DNA of 64,000 nt from Phaeosaccion multiseriatum (taxonomy: Eukaryota; Protista; Ochrophyta, other classes), in the NCBI GenBank assembly GCA_965112735.1, contig OZ218964.1, positions 248,001 to 312,000 of the forward strand. Direction: 5' to 3'. Made by a program: the position numbers and the translations under genes. The notes beneath the pieces were generated by a model. The model worked only from the letters and a program-made list of their open reading frames with translations. It did no database searches and was not told where the DNA came from. Within the stretch, counting starts at the first letter, position 1. Each line of letters starts with the position of its first letter. This document shows, in pieces, positions 1 through 13,000 of the stretch.

Positions 1-1069
1 CAGCCAAATGCTTCGCAGTCGCCAGCCCAAGCGCCCCCAGCCCACCGCTGATAACGTAAGTCCCGTCTCGCACGACGGGAATGCCACACTCAGGGCTACT
101 GAGCACAACCTTCCCAATGTGCTTCGCAGTTCTGAGGAAGTTCATTGTCTCCGCAAGCTCATCCCTTAAGTCGAATGTCTTCACTGGTAGCGCCTCGGCC
201 CTGCCCGCCTCACTGTCCGCTGTCAGCTGCTCCAGCCCAGCGAACGCCCAGCCCTGCTTCTTGGCCTTGAAGTCGTCTGCTATCATGGAGTCCAGCGCAA
301 TCCGGTCGTACAGCACGTCGGGCCTGGCAGCCTTCATCGCCTCCCTGGTCCACACGCCTCGCTTGCCGATCTCCATGAAGCGCCCATTCTTCGTCAGCAG
401 CTCCAGAGAGTAAGGGATGAAGTTGTCCGACAGGCAGTTCAGCACCACATCCACCTTCGCAGCTCCCATGGAAGCCTTGAAGGCCTCCGCATCTCGCGAC
501 GACGCAATGTGCTTCACGCCCAGACCTCGCAAGTAGGCGTGCTTCTCCTCGGATCCAGCAGTGGCGTAGATCTCCGCTCCGATGCGCTGAGCAATCTGCA
601 CAGCCACCAGACCCACTCCACCTGACGCGGCATGGATGAGCACCTTCTCACCACGCTTCAAGCCAGCGAGTTGCTCAAAGGCGTGCACCACTGTGAGCCA
701 CGCGATAGGCAGCGCTGCCATGTCATCGAAGGTCCTGTTCGAAGGCATGTTGGCCAGGCACACGTCACTTGTCGTTACGTGGGAGCGGAAGCAGCCCTTG
801 TCCGGAAACCCGTAGACCTTGTCTCCCACTTGAAAGCGCGACTTTCGCGATGCTCGAGTGACCACTCCCGATAGCTCGATGCCAGGCAGTCCAGGGTCGC
901 CAGGGTACAGGTCGAGCACATTCAGCACGTCTCTGAAGTTGAGCCCCACCGCCTTGACACAAATTTCAATCTCCCTGTCCTGCAAGGCAGTGTCTCTCTC
1001 GGAAGGGAGTACGTCCCTGCGCTTCAAGCCTCCCTCGATGCTTCCCCTCGCTATGAGATCGAAGGAGAA
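1..1069. repeat. Direct repeat copy 1 (ER domain + KR N-terminus of module 3), apparently identical to 5154-6222
   Basis: Same sequence at offset 5153. ORF-track translations 81..413/5234..5566, 632..874/5785..6027 and 765..962/5918..6115 are identical. Confidence 0.95.
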
Positions 1070-4000
1070 GGGAAGGCGGACTACCGAGGAGCGAGTCAGC
1101 TGAGGCGTCTCGCACTCTCCTCCTTGCACACGCACGTCCTGATTCTGGAGGGGAAGACACAGCACCAAGCTCATGTCCTCCACATCCGCTTCCACGACCA
1201 TGATCTGCATCTGTGGCCGCTCGATACGAACGGAGCGAATTATGCCAAAGACCAGCATGTGTGCCCACCCCTCGCCCCCCCCGCTCAGCGTGTCGTGTAG
1301 TAGCACCATCAAGGGGACTGGTCTCTTGGCCAGCTGCTGCGTTACCGTCAGCAGCTTCTGTGCTTCCTGCTGAGCGGCGCTGGCTGATGACCTTGCCGTC
1401 TGTCCCTCCTCTCTTTCACCGCCGAGCACGTATAGCACTCGCGACCACTCGCCCCTCTCCAATGCCCTCACCACATCCTGGTCATAGACAGACTCCTGCA
1501 CACGCAGCGTCACGTGCTCGGGCATGGACTGCTCAATCCGCTTCACCAACGCTGCAGCTGCACTTACTCTATCTACCAAAGCCAGCCACGTCTCCTTCTC
1601 CACACCATTCTTCCCCGTGGTGGTTGCCAGAGCCAGCGCCTCGTCTGGCTGCCACTCCAGATAGTATAAGGCTCGACGAAGAGGGTTCAGGTGCGTGAAG
1701 CCCTTGGCCCTCTGCAGCTTGACGCCCTTCATGGTCACGAGCACGTACTGGCTGTCAAAGTCGGCAATGACAATGTCAAAGTTGACGCTGTCGCGCTTGT
1801 CGCTGATCTCGGTGAGCACGGTATGCACCCACACCTTGTTCCCTCTGATGGCGCCCTTCGCAACCACGTCATTGCATCCAGCTGGCAAGAATGTACCACC
1901 CTTGGTCAGCTCAGAAGGCAGAAGCGCAAGCATGGTGTGTGCGGCACTGTCCAGCACGGCGGGGTGGAGGTAGAATCCACGCACCTCCCACTCAGAGCAC
2001 AGGTTGGGGTCCTGCGCTGTCGCCACGGACAGAGCCTGTCCCTCGGCAGTGTACAAGCGCTCTGTCCGCCTGAAGCGGGGGCCGTAGTTGAAGCCGGCCT
2101 TGGCGAACGTGGCGTACAGCTCACCCGAAATGTCGCGCTGCCCCACTGCCTCCTGGATGCTCCTCACGTCCATCATTGCAGTATCCTCTCTTGCCTCCAG
2201 CACCACTGACGCCGCCCTGGCCACAGCCTCACCTGCCTTGCCGCGGGGGCCGCCCGTGATCCGCGTCTTGCCGTGGGCAGAGAGGAACACGTTCACCTCC
2301 GAGCATGCCACCGTCGTGGACCCATCCACCATCCGCTCCACCCCAGGCACACGGGCACCTGCCACCTCCAGCGGGGCCGTGAAGACGAGGCCCTTCATGC
2401 GCGCCTGGCCGTCGGCGGGGAAGGCCTCGCCCCTCAGCAGCGTGGCCAGGGCCAGCTCAATGTAGCCCATGCCCGGCATGAGCACCACCCCCCCCACTGC
2501 GTGCTCCTGCAGCAGGCCCTTGAGCCTTGGAGAGAATGGGCAGGACAGCAGCACCCCGCCCTTCTCATCTCGCACCCCTCCACTCGGACAAAAAGCGTGA
2601 TTATCGCTCTTGTACCACGGGAAGGCCACACGATTTGGGAAGAGCGCCTCCTCCTTGACGAAGGGGCCCCCATCGCGATTCATGCCAGCCGTCAGTACGG
2701 AGTCAGGCTTGTTCCCGTAGCTCCTCAGCAGCACGTGTGCGTTCGTTCCTCCCGCCCCGAACGAGCTCACCCCCACCAACATATCTCCCTCGTCCTCCAG
2801 CTCCACCATCGCCGACGGGAGCTGCACGGGGAAGCCGTCCATGTCCAGCTCCGGGTTGATACTCTCGAGGTGGAGGTTGGCCGGCACAGCGCGGTGCTGC
2901 AGCATCAAGACGGCCTTGATGACCCCGGCAATTCCCGCCGCACCCTCCAGATGGCCAATGTTGGTCTTGACCGCACCCAACACCAGCGGGAAAGAGTCGT
3001 CACGGTTCTTCCCGTACGTGGCCCTGAGAGCACTCATCTCGATGTGGTCACCGAGGGAGGTTCCCGTGCCGTGCGCCTCCACGATGCGTACCTCGGAGCC
3101 CTCTCGACCGGCCTCACGCAGCGTCGCCTCGATGAGTCTCTGCTGAGCGGCGGGGCTCGGGGCTGTGAGGCGGGCACTGGTTCCGTTGTGGTTCACGGCA
3201 CAGCCCTCAATCACAGCGAGGATCGTGTCTCCGGCAGCGAGGGCGTCATCTAGACGTTTCAGCACAACGGCACCGCACCCTTCACCCCGCACGTATCCGT
3301 TTGCCGACGCGTCGAACGTCTTGCAGCGCCTGAGAAGGGCATGGGTAGCGTGAGGGGAGTTGTAGTCGGCGGCGCAAGTAGGACGAGACGGAGGAGCAGA
3401 ACCATAAGTGCGGAGGAACGAAAAGGAAGAACTTACCAGTCCGGCGACAGGAAGCCGCTGCCCTGAATGTCCTCAAAGGCCACTGGCCCGAGCAAGCAAT
3501 TGACGCCCCCGACGACAGCGGAATCGCACTTGCCCATGCGTAAGCTGCTGCAGGCGTTGTCCAAGGCCACCAGCGATGACGAGCACGCCGTGTCAGTGGT
3601 CATGGACGGCCCCTGCAGCCCCAGCACGTACGAGAGCCGATTGGCAACGCCACATTGGACGCGACCCATAGTGCGGTATACTCCAGCCCCTACATGCTTG
3701 CCCTGGTAGCCCCAGTCGCCGAGGCTCATCATGCCGATGAAGACGCCTGCCCGACTGCCCGCCAAGCTTGCTTTGTCGCACCCCGCGTTGACCAATGCCT
3801 CGTATCCAACCTCCAGCATCACTCGCTGGTGCGGATCCATCGCAGCCGCTTCGGCAAACGAGATGCCGAATACGGCGGGGTCAAACATTTCCACCTCAGC
3901 AATGAAGCTGCCTTGCCAATCCTCGCTCCCCTCTTTTCCCGCCCACCGGTTCAGAGGGGCAGTCTGAATGCAGTCAGTACCTGCTCGCAGCATTGACCAG

Positions 4001-7000
4001 AAGGCCTCTGGACTGTTCGAGCCCCCCGGAAAGCGGCACGCCATGCCCACAACAGCCAGGGGGGCAGTCATGCTACCTCCAGCCGGTTCAGCATTCCTGT
4101 CCTCATCTTCACCCTCCTCAGCCCCCAAGACCAAGCCCTCGAGCCACTCTGTCAGCGCTGCCACTGAGGGGTAACTGAAGAGCACGTCGTTGGGGACCGG
4201 CACGCCGAAACGAGCTTGAAGTCGACTCCGAAGCTCCACCGTAGACATGGAGTCCAGCCCAGCCTCCATCAAAGGCCTCAAAGCGTCGAGCTCGATGCCT
4301 GCTTCCCCAATGCATGCTTTTGCCATCTCCATGATTAAAGCCTGCAGCATGGGCTTTCGCTCACCCTCCGACAGCTCCAGTAGGTCGCGCTTAACCTCGG
4401 TAGTCACACTGTTGCTAGCCTTGTTCTGCGGTCCCACCATCGAAGCCTCTCTAACGAGAGCATCGAGCATCCCCGGGTTGCTAGCCGTCTCAGAGAAGGC
4501 GGGCCAGTCCATGCCAGGCAGAACCAAGAGCTCGCGTGATGCCGCAGATGGGGCTGACACGCCGGCATCAAGCGCCGCCATACCCAATGCCTTACTGATG
4601 AGCCCAACGCCGGCCATCTCCAGACTGGCCATGGCAGCTTCGGACCGAGCGGCCATGCCAGCTTCGGCCCACGGCCCCCACTGGAGGGCCACAGAGCTGG
4701 AGTAACCGAGGCGTCGACGATGCTGCATCAACCCGTCCACAGCAGCGTTGGCTGCAGCATAGTTGGCCTGGCCTGCATTGCCTAACACACCTGCCATGGA
4801 TGTGTAGGACACAAAGAAGTCCAAGGGCCAGGCCAGCTGCAGCGACAGCTCGTGCAGATTCCAAGCGCCCTCCACCTTCGGCTTGAAGACCTCTTCGATA
4901 CTCTCGGGCGTCTGGTCCACCAGCAAGCGATCGTCGAGCACGCCGGCAGCATGGATGACACCTCGCACGGGCGGCATGCTGCTGAGCGCCGTGCCTAGGG
5001 CCTTCCCAAGCGACTGTGCGCTAGACACGTCGCACGATACAGCCCTGGTGCTCACCCCGCCGGGCACGTTGAGAAGCTCCTCCCACAGCGCCTGGGAGTC
5101 CGCCTTGACCTTTCCCCCTCGCGAGAGCAGTACAAGATGACGAGCTCCTTTATCAGCCAAATGCTTCGCAGTCGCCAGCCCAAGCGCCCCCAGCCCACCG
5201 CTGATAACGTAAGTCCCGTCTCGCACGACGGGAATGCCACACTCAGGGCTACTGAGCACAACCTTCCCAATGTGCTTCGCAGTTCTGAGGAAGTTCATTG
5301 TCTCCGCAAGCTCATCCCTTAAGTCGAATGTCTTCACTGGTAGCGCCTCGGCCCTGCCCGCCTCACTGTCCGCTGTCAGCTGCTCCAGCCCAGCGAACGC
5401 CCAGCCCTGCTTCTTGGCCTTGAAGTCGTCTGCTATCATGGAGTCCAGCGCAATCCGGTCGTACAGCACGTCGGGCCTGGCAGCCTTCATCGCCTCCCTG
5501 GTCCACACGCCTCGCTTGCCGATCTCCATGAAGCGCCCATTCTTCGTCAGCAGCTCCAGAGAGTAAGGGATGAAGTTGTCCGACAGGCAGTTCAGCACCA
5601 CATCCACCTTCGCAGCTCCCATGGAAGCCTTGAAGGCCTCCGCATCTCGCGACGACGCAATGTGCTTCACGCCCAGACCTCGCAAGTAGGCGTGCTTCTC
5701 CTCGGATCCAGCAGTGGCGTAGATCTCCGCTCCGATGCGCTGAGCAATCTGCACAGCCACCAGACCCACTCCACCTGACGCGGCATGGATGAGCACCTTC
5801 TCACCACGCTTCAAGCCAGCGAGTTGCTCAAAGGCGTGCACCACTGTGAGCCACGCGATAGGCAGCGCTGCCATGTCATCGAAGGTCCTGTTCGAAGGCA
5901 TGTTGGCCAGGCACACGTCACTTGTCGTTACGTGGGAGCGGAAGCAGCCCTTGTCCGGAAACCCGTAGACCTTGTCTCCCACTTGAAAGCGCGACTTTCG
6001 CGATGCTCGAGTGACCACTCCCGATAGCTCGATGCCAGGCAGTCCAGGGTCGCCAGGGTACAGGTCGAGCACATTCAGCACGTCTCTGAAGTTGAGCCCC
6101 ACCGCCTTGACACAAATTTCAATCTCCCTGTCCTGCAAGGCAGTGTCTCTCTCGGAAGGGAGTACGTCCCTGCGCTTCAAGCCTCCCTCGATGCTTCCCC
6201 TCGCTATGAGATCGAAGGAGAATGGGAGGTGCGCGTCTGCTGAGGGCGCCAGGTGAGGCGTGAGGTATCGTCCGTCTCGCACCCACACGTCCTGCCCCAG
6301 TGACGCAATGGTCCAGCACTTGGGCAGGCACTCGCTGCCCACGTCCACCACCGTGATGGCTAGTGAAGGGTGCTCGATACGAGCGGTTCGAATCATGCCG
6401 TACACCCAGTGATGCCTCCACCCCTCGCCGCCGCTTAGTGTGTCCTGCACCAGCACCATCAAGGGAGCTGGCCTTCGTAAAAGCTGCTGTAGCAACAGGA
6501 GGAGTGTCTGTGCCTCTTGGCTGGGGCTCTGCTGCTTGCCGCCGAACAAGGTGCACACCACACGGCCCCATCCTGCTGGCGCTTCTGAAGCGAGGGTGGA
6601 GTCGTCGATGCTCCTGACCTCCCTCTCCGTCAGTGTCACAGAGATGGGCAAGCTCTCTTTCGCTGCCTTGTCCAAGCTGCCACGAGCGCCGCTGGTGAGG
6701 AGCAGCCAAGCTTCCTCTCGCTCTTCCACGTCACCTCTGCTGCGGGAGATGGAATCGTTGGGCAGCCACTGTAGAGAATACAGCGCTCGGGTGACGGGGT
6801 TGGTGCGGGAGAAGCCTCGGGCCAGCTGCATCCGGAAGTGGTTGAGCTGCACGAGCACTTGCTTCGTCTCGAAGTGTGCTATCACGACGTTGCACTCGAT
6901 CGCAAGAGCTTGAGAGTCCACCTTCTTCACCACCGCATGCACCCACACCTTCTCGCTCGTGATGGCCCCTCGCACAAGCACCTCTTCGCAGCCGGTGGGC

Positions 7001-10000
7001 AAGAAGACGGCGGCAAAGGCCTTGCTCGTCAGCTCCTCAGGCAAGAGCGCCAGCATGGTGTGCGCGGCATTATCCAGCACTGCAGGGTGGAGGTAGAAGC
7101 CGCTGATCTCCCACTCCGCCGATAAGGCTGCCATCCATTGCCGCCGCAACCGACAAGGCCTGTCCACTGGCGGCGAACAGATGCTGCGTTCGGACAAAGC
7201 TGGCACCGTAGTCATACCCAGCACTGGCAAGCTTGAGGTACAGCCCCTCGGCGATGTCTTCGTCCCCCACCGCGGCTCTCACCCGCGCCACGTCCAATGT
7301 CTCTGCCTCCGTCCTTGTGCGCAATTGAAGGGAAGTCGCCTTCGCCACCGTCTCTCCAGCCTTGCCGTGGGGACCTCCGTTAAACTGCACGCTGCCGCGG
7401 GCAGTGATGAAGGCACTGACTTCAGAAGCGACCACAGTAGTGGAGCCCTCCACCGTACGGTCCACACAGGGGGCACGAGCGCCTGCAATTTCCAGTGGAG
7501 CCATGAAGACCAGGCCCTTCAGGACCACTTGCCTCTCACCAGGGAAAGGCTTGCCCTTCAGCAAGGCGGCAAGGCCAATCTCGATGTACCCCATGCCCGG
7601 CATGAGCACCACTCCTCCCACCGCGTGATCTTGCAGCAAGCCCTTGAGCTGAGGGGTGAAGCGGCATGAGAGGAGTGTTCCTCCCTTCTTCTCGACGACG
7701 CCGCCGCTTGGAACCATCGCATGCGCCTGCTGCTCGAACCAAGGGAGCGCACGACGGGTGGGGAACAGAGGTGTGGGCTTGCCCAGCACTGCCGCCACTG
7801 CTCTGTCGAACGAGGCGGTGTCGCTCCCCTCCCGCCGCATGGACGGCTGCCACATCACGTCCGACCTCTCTCCCTCGCATTGCCGTGCCATGTTGATCAG
7901 CACAGAGCTGGGCCCAATCTCTACCACTCGTACACCTTCAGGCCTCTCCCGGAGAAGCGTGGTGATACTCTCCGCGAACAGCACCGGCGATAGCATGTGT
8001 TGCACCCAATAAGTCACCTGCGTCACCTCCTCCCCTCTCACCACCTCACCCGTCACGTTGGACACCAGGGGAATGCGTGGGGTGCTGAATGACACCTGCC
8101 TCAGAACCTCCTCCAGCGCATGTACAGCGGGCTCCATCAGAGGAGAGTGGAAGGCGTGCGACACCTCCAGGGCCTTGCAGCCCACCCCATCCGCCGTGAG
8201 CATCTCTACCACCTTGCCCACAGAGGTGCGCGCTCCAGAGATTACGCTCGCCCTCGGCCCATTCGACGACGCCAGCACCACTTCGCCTGCCACCCCCACA
8301 GCGGCGATGCTCGCCAAGGTTGTCCACCTGCTCGCCCTCACTGCGAACATCACTCCATCCCCCTCGGGGCAGGCCTGCATGGCGGCTCCTCTCTTGGCGG
8401 ACAGCATCAGCCCGTCCTCCAGCGACATGACGCCGGCCACGCACGCCGCCACTACCTCGCCCAGACTGTGGCCCATCACCATGGACGGCTCCACGCCCTC
8501 CGACTTCCACAGCTCACACAGGGCGTACTCCAGCACAAACAGACACGGCTGGCAGTAGCGTGTCTCCTTCAGCAGCGCTTGTGCACTCTCCTCTTCCTCG
8601 GCAGCAGGATATAGGAGCTCCACCACAGACTTGTCCAGCCAGGCCTGGTCCTGCAAGAGGCCATCACACCGCCGAACAGCTTCACGAAAGACCTCGCGCT
8701 GTTGAGGCAGCGAACGAGAGACACGCAAAGAGAGAAGAAGAGAGAAAAGCAGATGAGAAAGACGGCAGGAGGCCGAGGGGATGCGAAGCGACGGAGAAGA
8801 CAAGAGCAGCGCTGACAGATACATAGAAACAAACGAGCAAGCGAACTCACCGTATCGTAGAGCTCCTTGCCCATACCGGGGTACTGGGAGCCTTGGCCCG
8901 TAAAGAGAAAGACGGGCGGGGATGAGATTACTTCCGTACTCCTCCCCTTCGGTGCCTTCGAGCCCTCCTCCACTCTCGGTGCATCGCTGCTCAGCACCAC
9001 ATGAGCATTGGTGCCTCCTGCTCCGAATGAGCTTACTCCTGCGTACAAACGCTCGTTGCGGCCATTGGGGTGTCCCTCGCCACCCAGCGGGGTTAGTCTA
9101 GATGATGCAAAGGCCACCGCAAATCCATCAACATCCAGCTGAGGATTAAGCGTTGCGAGGTGCAGATTGCCTGGAGCAGCTCCGTGCTGAAGTGTGAGGA
9201 TGGCCTTGATGAGCCCCGCGATGCCTGCGGCGCCCTCCAAGTGACCAATGTTGGACTTCAACGCTCCGACAACGAGCGGGAAAGAGCTCTCCCGCCCTTC
9301 TCCATACACGGCTTTGAGGGCGCTCATCTCGATGGGGTCGCCAAGCGCCGTACCAGTGCCGTGAGCCTCCACGAAGTGAACCTCGCTGCCATCTACAGCC
9401 GCCTCCTCCAAGGCTGCCTGCATCAGCGCCTGCTGCGCGTCTGGACTGGGTGCTGTGAGCCGCATAGAGCGCCCATTGTGGTTCACGGAGCTTCCCCGCA
9501 CGACGGCCAGGATGTTGTCTCCGCTGCGCTCCGCATCGTCAAGCCGCTTCAGCACCAAGGCACCGCAGCCCTCTCCTCGGACGTAGCCGCTGGCCGATGC
9601 GTCGAACGTCTTGCAACGCCTGAGACAGGCATAGGAATGGCGGGGTTGGAAGCGGGGGAGAAGGATTGAGCTTCATGGTCTGCCCAACAACACATTACAA
9701 CTCAACTACTTCTGCGCGAACTCGATGCTTCCCAAGGCAAGCTCCCCCATTCGGCCGTACGTACCAGTCCTTGGACAAGAAACCTCCCTTGTCGAGCTGT
9801 TCGAAGGAACGGGAGCTGAGCAGCAGATTAACTCCTCCCACAACCGCAGCGTCGCACGTGCCGAAGCGAAGATAGCGACAAGCCGTGTCCAGCGCAACGA
9901 GCGAAGAAGAGCAAAGCGTATCAACCGATATGCTTGGGCCTCGCAAGCCCAGTACGTAGGACAGGCGATTTGCAGGGCAGCCCGCTGACTCACCCATCAC

Positions 10001-13000
10001 GGAGTAAGCTTTAACGGCCCCGTCTTTGTTCAGCGCGGCCCAGTCGCCGTGCTGCATGGAGCCCACGAACACTCCAGTGTTGCTGTTGCGCAGCGTGTCC
10101 ATAGAGAAGCCTGCCTCGTGCAGCGCCTCGTAGCCGACCTCGAGCATGATGCGCTGAGCGGGGTCCATGGCCTCGGCCTCGACCACGGAGATGCCAAACG
10201 TGGCGTTGTCGAACATCTCCACGCCGTCGATGAAACCTCCGTGCCACTCCTTCGCCGCACCAGCGAGTCTTCCCGGAGGCATGGCGGTGATACAGTCCCT
10301 CCCCTCCAGCAGCATGGACCAGAAAGCGTCGGGACTGTCTGCGCCTCCAGGGAAGCGGCACGCCATGCTCACTACTGCCAGCGGGGCAGAAGCGTCAGCC
10401 CCCTCTTGAGACGATGGCATCCTCCTGGGCAGGCTGCTCGCGCTTCCCTCCATGAGCGCAGTGCCCAACCACTCCGCCAAGGCCGCCACGGTGGGGTGGG
10501 CGAAGAGGGCGGCACTGCTCACGGGAATGTCTGTGAGCAGGTGCAGACGCTGCCGCAGTTCCATGAGCGCCAACGAGTCCATGCCAGCCTCCATGAGAGG
10601 CCTGTTCATGTCGATACCGACAGCGCCTGAAGTGCTGGAGAGGACGATGTCGGAGATGACGGATTGGAGCCTCTCTTGACGCTCAGATGGACTGACACCG
10701 CGGAGCTCTATTGCCAAGGAGCTTCCGGCCGATTTCGTTGGGGCGGGCAGTAGCTTGAAGGCCTTCCTATTTCTGAACGGGGACGCTGCCACGTCTTTCT
10801 CTTCCTCCGTGTGTGAGGTGGGCATCCCCTCCAGGATGACGTGGGCATTGACACCGCCAAGTCCAAAGGAATTGACAGCTGCAAAGGGGACAAGGACAAG
10901 CAGCGAGAGCGGAGGAACATAATGGTAAGAAAGAGCAGGGCAAGCTACCAAGCATGTAGCCCCCAAGCCCACTTTTGCCAATATCTAGAAAAGGTGGGTG
11001 AGAAAGGGACTAGGAGAATACGTGACTGAGTGGATGGGTGAGTGAGTGAGTGAGTGAGTGAGTAAGTGAGTGAGTGAGTGAGTGAGTGAGTGACTGAGTG
11101 ACTGAGTGAGTGAGTGAGTGAATGCGTGAGGGTGCGTAAGTGAGTGAGTGCGTACGTGACTGAGTGCGTGAGTGAGTGAGTGAGTTAGTGAGTGAGTGAG
11201 TGAGTGAGTTAGCGAGTGAGTGAGTGAGTGAGAGAGTGAGTGAGTGAGTGAGTGAGTGAGTGAGTGACGGAGTGAGTTAGTGAGTGCGTGAGTTTGTGCG
11301 TGGGTGAGTGAGTGAGTTGCTGAATGAGTGCGTGAGTGAGTGAGTGAGTGAGGGAGTGAGTGAGGTAGTGAATGCGTGAGTGAGTGCGTGAGTGAGTGGG
11401 TGAGTGAGTAAGTGAGTGAGTAAGTGAGTGAGTGAGTAAGTGAGTGAGTGAGTTGGTGAGAGAGCGAGTGGGTGAGTGAGTGAGGGAATATGTGGGTGAG
11501 TGAGTGGATGAGTAAGTGAGTGGGCGAGCGAGGGGGCAGTTAGACTTGAGGACCTTTGTGAGAATCGCTGGCAGTAATATGAGACCGTCACGCACCTCCG
11601 ATTCGGCTAGCGATTGGGGTCATGCCTCCGAGGGGAGGTAGCAGAGCGGTATTGCCCTCCGTCTTCAGCGCGGGGTTCAGCGTGGACAGGTTGAGGTTGG
11701 GGGGCGCTTGGCCGTGCCTGAGCACCAGCACAGTCTTGATGAGCCCCGATATGCCTGCCGCAGCCTCCGCGTGCCCGAGGTTGGTCTTGCCGGCTCCGAT
11801 GACGAGAGTGCGGGGGCTCGCCATGTTGGGGTTTCCGTACGTGCCAGCGATAGAGGCCCACTCTGTGCAGTCCCCGAGAGGGGTCCCTGTCCCGTGCGCC
11901 TCGATGAAGCTCACGTCGGACAGTGCAATGCCCGCCTCCGCCACGGCGTGGAAGACAGCGGCCTTCTGTGCCGCTTCGCTGGGCGCGGTTAGGGTTGTGC
12001 CGAGGCCCGTATGATTGACGCAGGAACCTCGAATCACCGCCAAGATGTTGTCCTTCGCCTCAATGGCGTCCTCATGGCGCTTGAGCACGATGCTGCCACA
12101 GCCCTCTGCGTTGGCAGCCGGGGGGGACGAACAACAAGCGGAGGTGACTGAGAAGTGAGTGAGTGAACTGGAGCGAGTGGCAGCCGACTGCCCCGCAAAA
12201 AGGGTTTTCTTACTCTCTTTCTCTCCCTACTCCTCTCTCCCTCTCCCTCTCAACCTCCCCCTCCTCCCCCTCTCCTCTCTCCTTCTCGCCCTCTCGTTCT
12301 CCCCCCTCCCCCTCTCAATATCTCTCTTCCCCTCCTCCTCCGCCTCTCCCTCGCCCTCTTATTCTCCCCTCTCCTTCTCTCCATCCCTGCCGTATCGCCG
12401 GTGCCGCTCGTGCTCACCTGCCCGCACATAGCCGTCGGCAGCGACGTCGAAGACCATGCTCTTCTCCTTAGACTAAAGCACGCGCAGGAAGGACATGGTA
12501 GCGAAGGGCTCAGGACTTGTCATGATAGACACTCCTCCGGCAAGGGCCATGTCGCAGTCGCGGCTTTGGAGGCTTCGGCAGGCCTGGTGCACGGCCACGA
12601 GAGAGGAGGATGAGGCCGTGTTGATGGTCTGCGAAGGTCCAGTCAAACCGAGGGCGAAGGAGACCCGATTCGCCACGAGAGCCTCCGAAGCGCCCGTCGC
12701 AACGTACGGTCCAGGAGCGTGGGACTGCACTTTGGAGGTCCAGTCTCCATTGCCGCATCCGATGAATACTCCTGTACAAAGTGGAGGAACGTGTGTGAAG
12801 GTCAGCAGCAACAACCACGCACAGCAGACACAGGCGGGCACCGAACGTGAAGTCTTTCGTCCCGCTTTTCTCTGTGGCACCACTCGATTTAACGAAAAGG
12901 AAAAGACGAAAGTAACGCAGGCATGGAGCACACCACACGACTTGGCTGCTAGACGGACCAGCCCAGCCATCCACACTACTAGAAGAAGGAAGAAAGATTG

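Noticed and set aside
81-10679. Many plus-strand ORFs over the PKS (e.g. 2273..3253)
   Set aside because: Antisense shadows of a GC-rich coding strand with no recognisable motifs.
11209-11595. THSL-, DGWM- and SVCL-repeat ORFs (also 38908-39205, 59367-59886, 62928-63398)
   Set aside because: Translations of intronic or UTR tetranucleotide microsatellites.
12473-12475. TAG reassignment / alternative genetic code
   Set aside because: TAG is the normal terminator of UBC9 (23019) and of the IQ/WW gene (39129) in this window.
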